The notes beneath the pieces were generated by a model. That model was not told the DNA's origin, searched no databases, and saw only the letters and a program-made list of their open reading frames with translations. This document shows, in pieces, positions 1-7,692 of a stretch of DNA of 54,759 bases. Origin of the DNA: a virus (taxonomy: Duplodnaviria > Caudoviricetes); IMG/VR virus record IMGVR_UViG_3300032083_000237, positions 1 through 54,759 of that record. One strand, given 5' to 3'. Both the position numbers and the translations under genes were made by a program. The first letter of the stretch is position 1, and every line of letters starts with the position of its first letter.

Positions 1-337
1 TGTAGTTACCAAGTGTATTTGACCCCCCGCTGTCATTGGGTGTATACGTATACGGACACCCCCCGTGTGGCCCATGCCCCCCATGCTGTATACAACGGTA
101 TACACAAGGATTTCCTCAGTTAATGTGACACTTTAAGCTCTAACTCCTTGATATCATTATGTTTTATACACAATGTAGGATTATTCAGTACACATAATCG
201 GGATTTTTCCTTGTGTTTTCAGGGGGTTACTGTTTGTGAGTAAGGTCATGCACTATACACTACCCATAATAACATTATGTCTGCACATATACACCCACCC
301 CATTATATGTCTTATACATTATCTCTTATACATTATC
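1..337. repeat. Left direct terminal repeat (337 bp)
   Basis: Sequence 1..337 recurs at 54423..54759 in the same orientation; 7 substitutions by manual alignment (positions 67, 110, 140, 159, 166, 169, 246). Confidence 0.93.
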
Positions 338-364
338 TCTTATACAACAACTCTTATACATGAA
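309..364. repeat. Four tandem 14-bp units (consensus CTCTTATACATTAT)
   Basis: gtcttatacattat / ctcttatacattat / ctcttatacaacaa / ctcttatacatgaa, straddling the inner edge of the terminal repeat. Confidence 0.8.
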
Positions 365-1159
365 TAATTTATTCCTGTTATGAAAAATCTCCAGTCTATA
401 CATAACGCAACCTTAGCTTGCTTACAGATACTTTGAACAACTACTTAAAGGTATTCTATCTCAACCTTTACTTGCGAATCACCCCTACCTCTTTCCCTTT
501 ATAGTTGTAGAAATAAGCCTAAAATCCTTCATAATATAAGACAGCATGTATTACCCATAGTCTCATAAGTTGTTGATATTATTGACAAAATAAAAGTGTT
601 TGACTTGTTTTGGTCTTTCGGAGTACAAAATAGCTACGGTTTTTGGACTTCTGATTTTCGTCTCCGGTCTTTCTTTTGACCCGCCACGGTTTCAGAGTTT
701 CATTATCTCCCCTACTACTGCCTCCCCTTGTGGCGGTTATAGGGTACATATGCACAAGGGGTATCATGGAACAAATCCAGAGGGGTTTTAACGTGGTGTA
801 GTTATTTTGCAATATCTGACAAGTACTTAAAGTGCGGTTGGATAATACATAGGCTATGACATGGATTTAAATTCTATTTGGTGGCGGTAAATTGATAGCA
901 ATACGGTTGCAAGACTTGAATTGACAAGTCGGAGAGGGTTTTTGATTACCCTTGCATTAATTATCTAGGTTGTTTGGCTTCTACATGGTCAAGGGACGTT
1001 ACTAGAACCGTTTACCATTCAGATACTTTTTGTATCTGATAGGCTTGTCTGTTTTGACAATATCCCGTTAGAGATAGCGGTAACTGTATTGAAATTTCCA
1101 GTGGGGGTATAACTCCGACTAAGCCTAGCCAACTAGGTTATGCTTCATAGCATAGGTCG

Positions 1160-1208
1160 GGGTTGTATCTAGGGGCGTCTCAATGATGGGGCGTCCCGTA
1201 TGCAACCC
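1160..1208 (+). promoter_or_regulatory. RNase III-like processing hairpin upstream of first early gene
   Basis: Lower stem gggttgtat/atgcaaccc, asymmetric internal loop, 11-bp upper stem ggggcgtctca/tggggcgtccc with ATGA loop; architecture resembles T7 early RNase III sites. Confidence 0.5.
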
Positions 1209-1226
1209 TAATGGAAAGATAAAATC

Positions 1227-1736
1227 ATGGCAAAAATTGTAACTAAAATGTTCAAAGATGACGAAATTGATGCGGGTATTGTTAAGATAGCCAAGGATGC
1301 GGAGACGTTTCAACAACGTATTCACAACTATGCTGTGTCTATACTCAAGGTATGGCATGACGACAAGGATGCGTTGAAAGCGGTTGCCCGTATTAATGCC
1401 TTGCAAGATGCGTCACCTTATCATACCCGTGCCTTCTCTGTGTGGGTTGGTTTGATGTTACCCCTTGAGTGGTCTGATGAAGCTAAGGTGTGGTATTGCG
1501 ACAAGGATACCATACTTAAAGGCAAGCCTTTTATGGCCGCACGTGATCTACCCTTCTGGAAAGCTTCACCTGCACCTGTGGCCCAGCCTTTCATCATGGC
1601 AGATGAATTGCAAAAGATACTGGACAAATCCATCAAGCGTGCTGAGAAGCCCAAGGATGGTGACATGGTTAATGTCGCTGCGTTCAAGCACCTGCGGGAA
1701 GCTCTCAAGGTTCTCAATGGTGAGGTGGTGGAATGA
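1227..1736 (+). CDS. Early hypothetical protein (169 aa)
   Basis: ATG with purine-rich upstream segment (ggaaag), protein-like composition, first long ORF of the early arm. Confidence 0.85.
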   Translation: MAKIVTKMFKDDEIDAGIVKIAKDAETFQQRIHNYAVSILKVWHDDKDALKAVARINALQDASPYHTRAFSVWVGLMLPLEWSDEAKVWYCDKDTILKGKPFMAARDLPFWKASPAPVAQPFIMADELQKILDKSIKRAEKPKDGDMVNVAAFKHLREALKVLNGEVVE

Positions 1737-1940
1737 TCCACCCATGACATACCTAGACTAAGCACCCCATGTATCAACGTGGGGTGTGACTTCTTGACTA
1801 CTGATAGCGTCCTAATCATGGGGCGCTTTCTGTGTTCAAGCCTTTTGAATACAGCCTCAACGGTTGAGGTTTCAATGATTAGGCATAGGGGTGAACCGTC
1901 AATGATTCCCCAATGATTGCCAACTAAATACATGACAGTG

Positions 1941-2036
1941 CTGTGCGCCCACATTTAGCATGGGTGGGTGTGTGATCTGTAAGACAGCTCTTACAGTGTC
2001 ACCAAAGTTTTGTAGGTGCAAATCCTACCCGCACAG
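1941..2036 (+). ncRNA. Putative tRNA-like structured RNA
   Basis: 7-bp closing stem ctgtgcg/cgcacag, T-arm-like gtagg-tgcaaat-cctac next to the 3' strand, two internal hairpins; lies in an intergenic gap. Confidence 0.4.
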
Positions 2037-2150
2037 AGTAATACCCAAGCTGTGAGTGGGTGGGTCTTTGGTTTTTTCTACCCGTAACCTCAGCAATAAG
2101 AGCAAGGCTTCATATACCCTGTGATCTTATCGGAGAAACCACGGACGGTT

Positions 2151-2180
2151 AGTCCCTACATGGTGTGGGGCTTTTTATTT
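2151..2180 (+). terminator. Possible intrinsic terminator
   Basis: Hairpin agtccctaca/tgtggggct followed by a T-rich run (ttttattt). Confidence 0.4.
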
Positions 2181-2192
2181 GGAGGATTAACT

Positions 2193-2402
2193 GTGCTAAG
2201 TAAGTATCACAAAGACGCAATTGAAGTTTCTGATAGGATAGAAATATTAAATGCTCGCAAAGCTCGGTTTTCTAATCATGCCACCTTATACACTAGGGTT
2301 GCTGGTGTTTGTTTAGAAATATCAGAGCTTGAAAAGCAATTGCCTGTGCTTAAAGCCACGGCAAAATGGGCAGATGAACTAAATGATCGTGGTGTTCTGT
2401 GA
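2193..2402 (+). CDS. Early hypothetical protein (69 aa)
   Basis: GTG at 2193 preceded by ggagga; the ORF-track start at 2121 runs through the terminator hairpin. Confidence 0.7.
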   Translation: MLSKYHKDAIEVSDRIEILNARKARFSNHATLYTRVAGVCLEISELEKQLPVLKATAKWADELNDRGVL

Positions 2403-2599
2403 TGAATAACCAACAGAATAAAATCAATGGTGAATGGCCTAAAAAATCTGTGTATGTGATTACTCAAGTACACAGTGACCGTTTGTTCTGGTCTAATACT
2501 GATGGGTGGTGTGATAATACCAGATCACTCTTTACCCCTGAAGAAAAAGAAACCTTTAACCTGCCTATGGGTGGAGTTTGGATGTTGTTAAATGAATAA
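2399..2599 (+). CDS. Early hypothetical protein
   Basis: Overlaps the upstream stop (GTGA); Trp-rich small protein. Confidence 0.7.
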   Translation: MMNNQQNKINGEWPKKSVYVITQVHSDRLFWSNTDGWCDNTRSLFTPEEKETFNLPMGGVWMLLNE

Positions 2600-2720
2600 C
2601 CAACAACGTATTCATCAAGACCTACTCACTGCCCTAACACAGATGGGCGGTGTGTCTACCTTTGCTGCTGAGTTGATTGCTCAGTATCTTTTAACCAAAT
2701 ACAAAATGGAGGAACTATAA
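2592..2720 (+). CDS. Small early hypothetical protein (42 aa, MNNQQRIHQDLL...), not in ORF track
   Basis: ATG preceded by ggag, fills the gap exactly, stop TAA overlaps the next ATG (TAATG). Confidence 0.6.
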   Translation: MNNQQRIHQDLLTALTQMGGVSTFAAELIAQYLLTKYKMEEL

Positions 2721-2920
2721 TGTTTCGTGATGACTTTCTTTGCGCTAAATTCTTTGACAAGTGGACGGCACTAAGCCGACAGTCTCAGGTCTTACGTCAA
2801 GACTTGTACCAGCTTAATGCTGATATGATGGGTCCGAAAGAGTGGGAGCATAGTGCTGATCGCCGTAGTCATGAGGTCAACATTGCATGGGCTGAACATA
2901 AAATGGAAAGGATGTTATGA
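2720..2920 (+). CDS. Early hypothetical protein
   Basis: ATG with ggagga RBS; tightly packed. Confidence 0.75.
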   Translation: MFRDDFLCAKFFDKWTALSRQSQVLRQDLYQLNADMMGPKEWEHSADRRSHEVNIAWAEHKMERML

Positions 2921-3112
2921 ATGAGCCAACCAAATACCAACCCTAATAGGCTCAAGTATAAAGTCTATAGGGTTGTCACGGTAAAGACTGGTAAGGTGAC
3001 ACGCCTTGCCGGTGTGGGCATGGAGTTGCCACATGAAGTGCTACGCAATCTCCCCTTGGGGTGTGAGTGGGTAACTGAAAAAGGTGACACCATTTATGAA
3101 AGGATAATGTGA
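2921..3112 (+). CDS. Early hypothetical protein
   Basis: ATG with aagga RBS immediately after the previous stop. Confidence 0.7.
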   Translation: MSQPNTNPNRLKYKVYRVVTVKTGKVTRLAGVGMELPHEVLRNLPLGCEWVTEKGDTIYERIM

Positions 3113-3198
3113 TGAGTAAATGGTGTTGGTTCAACATTATCATGGGTGGGTGCTGCGTGTTCCTACTCATGCTCATCCTGTGGGTGGCAACACCCTGA
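3112..3198 (+). CDS. Small hydrophobic/membrane peptide (28 aa, MSKWCWFNIIMGGCCVFLLMLILWVATP), not in ORF track
   Basis: TGATG overlap with upstream stop, aagga RBS, single hydrophobic stretch. Confidence 0.45.
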   Translation: MSKWCWFNIIMGGCCVFLLMLILWVATP

Positions 3199-3287
3199 TC
3201 ACTACCTAGAGTACACCTTCGGAGGGGTGTACTTCATGGTACTGAGACGGTGCCTTTACAATCTATGTTCTATGAAAGGAACAAACT

Positions 3288-3806
3288 ATGGCTAGAACTT
3301 TTTACACAGACGATCACAAAAATGCAACCGTGGCTATGTACATGGAGCATTCTCTTTCAGACACCTCATTAGAAATGGGTGTGTCCACAGGATCTGTGGT
3401 TTCTTGGTACAAGGCGGCTGTCGCTGCTGGTGATGTACAACGTCGCAACAAGGTCGGTGATGCCTTCTTTACCCTTGCAGATAAGCATGAAGCGTGTACG
3501 TATTACTCTACACATACTGGTGATCAGACGGTAGAAAAGACAGGCGTTTCTCTACCTTCATTACACAAGTGGCGCAAGGAGCTTGGCTACCCTAACAAGC
3601 ATTACGGGCGTAACCTCAAGTCTGACAGGTCAGACAATGATGTGGCTACATTGCACAGAAAAGCAATGGTTGAGGTGGGTAAGCAGAAGGATGCCTATCG
3701 TGACAAGATGCGTGAGCTTGAGGCTCTTGTTGACGAGTTGCGTTCTGATGCGTCAAGCATTCAACACAAAATGTTTGACTTCCTTGAATCACTCAACGAT
3801 AAATGA
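3288..3806 (+). CDS. Tandem helix-turn-helix protein with C-terminal coiled coil
   Basis: Two similar HTH-like units (FYTDDHK...SLEMGVSTGSVVSWYK and FFTLADK...VEKTGVSLPSLHKWRK), then heptad-like KMRELEALVDELRS; aagga RBS. Confidence 0.7.
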   Translation: MARTFYTDDHKNATVAMYMEHSLSDTSLEMGVSTGSVVSWYKAAVAAGDVQRRNKVGDAFFTLADKHEACTYYSTHTGDQTVEKTGVSLPSLHKWRKELGYPNKHYGRNLKSDRSDNDVATLHRKAMVEVGKQKDAYRDKMRELEALVDELRSDASSIQHKMFDFLESLNDK

Positions 3807-3865
3807 AAGCACTACCCCTCATGCAATACTGTGTGAGGGTTCACCCCTCTCTATAGGAGATTGAT

Positions 3866-5509
3866 ATGCCATATGAAATAGTGATGGTAGACCCTGAGCT
3901 TGCCAAGCTAACAAATACTTGTGTTGGACGTGGTATCACTGACAACAGTGACTATCTTGTTGATGCGTACATTGAAAGGTGGAAGCCTTACCCTGTCAAG
4001 CAGACTGACGAGATACACGATTATACTGGTATTGTCGGTGGCTTTATCACGATTGCTGATAGCAAGGTTCGTGTCATGTTTGGTATGACACCACGTGACA
4101 ATGGGTTCATTGTTCGCAGGGTTGCTGACCTGCACCCTACTGATGTGGTGCTGCAAAAGTTTGGTTCCTTTGAGGATGACCATGCTTTCTTCCAAGATGA
4201 TACCTTTGTCACTTGGCTTAGGAATTGTCTTCTCAAGTCCGACATGGCAGACCAAGAACCTGTTGATCAGAACTGGTTGTTACGTCTACGTGCATTGCAG
4301 CCTATCCGTTCCAAGATTGCACATGGTAAGATCAGTTTGTATCAGACCCGTAAGGATGCTGACAATGACAGGCATGTAGCTATGAAGGCTGGCCGTGCAT
4401 TGAAGTATATCTTTCCTGAGCTTAATGACAGTGACATTGAGGTACTTGGTGATGCCTTTCGTGAGAAGTTTAGCTTGCGTACTTTCAAGCTCAAGACAGG
4501 CACATCACCTGATGACTTCACTCATGCTTACTCACACAACCAAGCAGACATGGACAATCCACGTACCACCTGTGCTAGAAAGGCTATGATCCATTCCTGT
4601 ATGCGGTACGAATTTGAGAGACTTGAGGTTCACCCTTGCTCTGTCTATGGCAGTGGTGACTTCAAGATCGCTTGGCTTGAGACTGACAGTGGCCTCATTG
4701 CTGGTCGTGTGGTGGTCCGTACATCACACAAGTCTAGGCCTCAAGCTGGCCCTATCTATGGTGTCTGTGAAAATTCTTTGAATCAGTTGCAAGATTGGCT
4801 TGACAGTATCAATGCAGTAGGGTATGACAGTGGATCATCTTGGATAGGTGCAAAGGTATTGGCTGTACCTCACGATGACAATGGTGCATACATAGGGCCG
4901 TACCTAGACGTAACGCCCCAACGTATGACTGCATCTGATGATGGTAAGTATCTCATTATTGATGACTGTGGTGAGGTAGATGCCAGTACATACCAAGGCA
5001 TACTCAATGGTGCTTACACAAATTGTACTGAGTGTGGTGTAGGTATTGCTGAGGATGACTACTACTGGTCAGAGTATACTGACGAGCATTACTGTGATTG
5101 TTGTTATAACAACGAGCATACTTACTGTGAATTTACAAGTGACATGGTACACAACTCTGAGCTTGTTCAGGTATGGAGTAGTAGTAGGTGGGGTATACAG
5201 TCAGAGATGGTATCTGAGTGTGACCGTGACAGCAACTATATTGAGTGTACTGATGGCAAGATGTGGCCTGATGATCAAGTAACATGGTGTGAGTCTGAAG
5301 AGGTGTGGATATCACCACAAACCTATCATGATGGTGGGTACTTCCTATCAGATTGGGACGGTGAAGTATACAACAAGGGTGTCATGTGTACCACTGAAGA
5401 TGGCGAGGTTGTAGCAGAAGATGAGATTATTGATAGTAATGATACTTGGGCGAAGACCCCTGAAGGTATCTGGATAAAAGTAGAAGAGGAAGAAGAATGT
5501 ATAGCTTAA
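3866..5509 (+). CDS. Hypothetical protein (547 aa) with C-terminal Cys-rich, putative Zn-binding repeats
   Basis: aggag RBS; central motifs HSCMRY, GR, IYG, PYLD; C-terminal CTEC...YCDCCY...YCE and further Cys/acidic repeats. Confidence 0.85.
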   Translation: MPYEIVMVDPELAKLTNTCVGRGITDNSDYLVDAYIERWKPYPVKQTDEIHDYTGIVGGFITIADSKVRVMFGMTPRDNGFIVRRVADLHPTDVVLQKFGSFEDDHAFFQDDTFVTWLRNCLLKSDMADQEPVDQNWLLRLRALQPIRSKIAHGKISLYQTRKDADNDRHVAMKAGRALKYIFPELNDSDIEVLGDAFREKFSLRTFKLKTGTSPDDFTHAYSHNQADMDNPRTTCARKAMIHSCMRYEFERLEVHPCSVYGSGDFKIAWLETDSGLIAGRVVVRTSHKSRPQAGPIYGVCENSLNQLQDWLDSINAVGYDSGSSWIGAKVLAVPHDDNGAYIGPYLDVTPQRMTASDDGKYLIIDDCGEVDASTYQGILNGAYTNCTECGVGIAEDDYYWSEYTDEHYCDCCYNNEHTYCEFTSDMVHNSELVQVWSSSRWGIQSEMVSECDRDSNYIECTDGKMWPDDQVTWCESEEVWISPQTYHDGGYFLSDWDGEVYNKGVMCTTEDGEVVAEDEIIDSNDTWAKTPEGIWIKVEEEEECIA

Positions 5510-6477
5510 TAGAAATGCTGCGGTACAAAAGGCCGCAAGGTTCAAGCACTCAGCAAGAGTTCTGTCAACGGTTCCTTGAACCACACTTTGGTTTGCCTGA
5601 TCGTGATGGTAATTATATACTACGCATAGGTGACAACCCCACCATATGTTTTACGTCACACCATGACACAGTGCATAGGACTGAGGGGTTACAGCAGCTT
5701 GTTGTCACTAACAACGTGGTATCTGTGGCTGATGCTGCCATATCATCATGTCTTGGTGCTGACTGTACTACTGGTATATGGCTCATGATGGGCATGATTG
5801 AGGCAGGTATTGAGGGTGTGTACGTAGTCCATGCAGCAGAAGAGTCTGGTTGTATTGGTAGTGCTGCCCTTGTCAAGAGTAATCCTTATTGGTTGGCTCA
5901 CATTGAGGCAGTGATATCCTTTGATAGATATGGTGACAACTCTGTGATCACTCATCAGATGGGCAGACGTACTGCATCAGATGACTTTGCTAGATCACTT
6001 GCTGATGCACTTGACTTGACACAGCTTATGCCTGACACAGGCGGATCATACACTGACAGCAATGAGTACTCAGACATAGTACCTGAGTGTACTAACCTTA
6101 GTGTTGGCTACTACGGTCAGCATGGTGTCAATGAGACGCAAGACCTTGAGTATGCTGACCTGTTGATGTATGCTTTGACACAAGCTGACTGGTCCAAGCT
6201 AGTTATAGCACGTGACCCATCTATGTATGAGACACACTATGATGATGAAGACTTTTGGAAGAGTTGGGGTAGTCTACGTGGTAATAGTACTGGTAACTAC
6301 AATGAGCCTCTTGATGATTATGATACAGATGACATGAATTATCTAGTCATGGAACATCCAGAAGCTGTAGCTAAGATGTTGATAGATATGGGTTTTACAC
6401 CTGACCTACTCATTGACGAGGCTAAGATTCCACCCCACGGTTATGCCAACAATTATGTTTCAAGGAAGTATATGTGA
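5497..6477 (+). CDS. M20/M28-family zinc metallopeptidase-like protein
   Basis: Metal/catalytic motifs in order: SHHDTVH, LGADC, AAEESGCIGS, ISFDR, YTDS, GYYGQH. Confidence 0.8.
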   Translation: MYSLIEMLRYKRPQGSSTQQEFCQRFLEPHFGLPDRDGNYILRIGDNPTICFTSHHDTVHRTEGLQQLVVTNNVVSVADAAISSCLGADCTTGIWLMMGMIEAGIEGVYVVHAAEESGCIGSAALVKSNPYWLAHIEAVISFDRYGDNSVITHQMGRRTASDDFARSLADALDLTQLMPDTGGSYTDSNEYSDIVPECTNLSVGYYGQHGVNETQDLEYADLLMYALTQADWSKLVIARDPSMYETHYDDEDFWKSWGSLRGNSTGNYNEPLDDYDTDDMNYLVMEHPEAVAKMLIDMGFTPDLLIDEAKIPPHGYANNYVSRKYM

Positions 6478-6489
6478 CACTCTGTCACA
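6473..6489. promoter_or_regulatory. Perfect 7-3-7 palindrome (possible operator)
   Basis: TGTGACA-ctc-TGTCACA, 11 bp upstream of the -35 element at 6501. Confidence 0.4.
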
Positions 6490-6499
6490 CTTACTACCC

Positions 6500-6529
6500 C
6501 TTGACCCTAGCTCAAACTGAGTATAACTT
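6500..6529 (+). promoter_or_regulatory. Host sigma70-type promoter for recombinase/replication arm
   Basis: cTTGACC...GTATAACTT, same motif family as 14414, 39402 and 53967 but with a spacer one base shorter. Confidence 0.55.
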
Positions 6530-6595
6530 AAGGTACTTAAGGTACTTACTTAAAGTTTTTATTATTCTTAAAAAATAATAATACTTAAAGTATAC
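6521..6595 (+). repeat. ACTTAA(A/G)G iteron array with AT-rich palindromic core (copy A; origin-like)
   Basis: acttaagg-tacttaagg-tact-tacttaaag, core ttattattcttaaaaaataataa, then tacttaaagtatac; homologous to the minus strand of 54001..54113. Confidence 0.6.
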
Positions 6596-6606
6596 GAAAG
6601 GTAAAC

Positions 6607-7692
6607 ATGAAGTATACACATAAGACAAAACGAAAGGATGGTGGTACGAGCTGGATGTTCTTGCCACCTGATGATGCAGCTAGAGCTGGTGTTGTGTCTA
6701 CCATCACATTCAGAGATGGACGTACAGCTAGGCATGAGATACCAAAGTTAATTGCTTTGATTGACAGGTTTAGAAGGGGTGAGGTAGTAGTGGGTAGGTG
6801 TGGCCCAAGCTCTACCCTGAGCCAGCTACTCACCTTTTATCTCAACACAAAACACTTCAATTCTTTGTCGTTCAATACACAAAAGAACTACGAGTACAAT
6901 CTCAAAGCTATTTGTGCTGGTACTGTGTTTAATAAATCTATTGGCAATATGCCCCTTGACAGATTGAACACAAACATCTGTACTGAAATGTATGACCAGT
7001 GGGAAGCAGACGTAAGCACAGACCATGCCAATCAGTATGCAAGGTTGTTCTCTGTGCTGATCAATCACTGCCTCTCAATGGAGTTGATTATGTACAACCC
7101 CATGAAGAATGTGAAGAAGCGTAGCCACACCCCACGGTCAGTTGTATGGACTAACGAGCAGGTAGAACTATTCTTAGACACAGCGTTCAGCCAATACAAA
7201 TGGCGTAACGTGGGCTTGATTGTCCTATTAGCATACGAGTGGGGTCAACGTCCTGTAGACATACGCAACCTTACATGGGACAGCATAGACTTCACAAAGA
7301 AAGTTGTAACTATTACACAAACCAAACGTGGTGCTACCGTTGAGCTACCCATTGACGATCGTCTAATGGAAATGCTTGAGCAGCAGGATACTGACTGGGG
7401 TTGGCAAGAGTATGTAGTACCATGCCAGAGAGCCTCAGACAACGCTTATAGACCACTCTCTGTTGATCAGATGAACACCTTAGTAGGTGAGGTCAAGCAA
7501 GTCTGTGGCCTACCCTCAGACCTACGTGTAGGTGATCTAAGAAAGACAGCCATAGTAGAGATGATCAAAGGTGGGGCTGAAGCTATGCAAGTTATGTCTG
7601 TGACAGGTCACAAGAATATCTCGTCACTCAATCCGTACCTCAAGCACAATCTTGAGACAGCAATAGAAGCATTGGATAGGAGAAAGAGATGA
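6607..7692 (+). CDS. int: Tyrosine recombinase / phage integrase
   Basis: Catalytic pattern R (GQRPVDI), K (QTKRG), xxLR (GDLRKT), H (TGHK), Y (NPYL); 361 aa with core-binding region. Confidence 0.9.
   Translation: MKYTHKTKRKDGGTSWMFLPPDDAARAGVVSTITFRDGRTARHEIPKLIALIDRFRRGEVVVGRCGPSSTLSQLLTFYLNTKHFNSLSFNTQKNYEYNLKAICAGTVFNKSIGNMPLDRLNTNICTEMYDQWEADVSTDHANQYARLFSVLINHCLSMELIMYNPMKNVKKRSHTPRSVVWTNEQVELFLDTAFSQYKWRNVGLIVLLAYEWGQRPVDIRNLTWDSIDFTKKVVTITQTKRGATVELPIDDRLMEMLEQQDTDWGWQEYVVPCQRASDNAYRPLSVDQMNTLVGEVKQVCGLPSDLRVGDLRKTAIVEMIKGGAEAMQVMSVTGHKNISSLNPYLKHNLETAIEALDRRKR

Noticed and set aside
262-285. dif/Xer-like site cccataa-taaca-ttatgtc in the terminal repeat
   Set aside because: Spacer is 5 rather than 6 bp and the XerD arm (TTATGTTAAAT) is poorly matched.
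309-364. CRISPR-like array
   Set aside because: 14-bp units are head-to-tail with no spacers; no cas genes anywhere.
579-1406. ORFs 579..812(-), 600..791(+), 1125..1406(-)
   Set aside because: No RBS or recognisable motifs; wrong strand for the early arm or antisense to a better gene.
1941-2036. Canonical tRNA gene or tRNA-derived attP
   Set aside because: No TTC in the T-loop, no D-loop GG in the proper context, no 7-nt anticodon loop; reported only as tRNA-like.
2005-2040. Cobalamin riboswitch (GGTGCAAATCC resembles its T-loop arm, and the phage has a B12 RNR)
   Set aside because: The upstream AGGGAA and downstream GCAACTGT/B12-box elements are absent and the site is 13 kb from nrdJ.
2636-2662. 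Sixth CTA-hairpin (cactgccc/gggcggtg)
   Set aside because: Lies inside the 2592..2720 ORF and has an 8-bp stem with a 10-nt loop, unlike the family.
3288-3806. IS transposase (OrfA-like HTH)
   Set aside because: No DDE catalytic ORF, terminal inverted repeats or target duplication.
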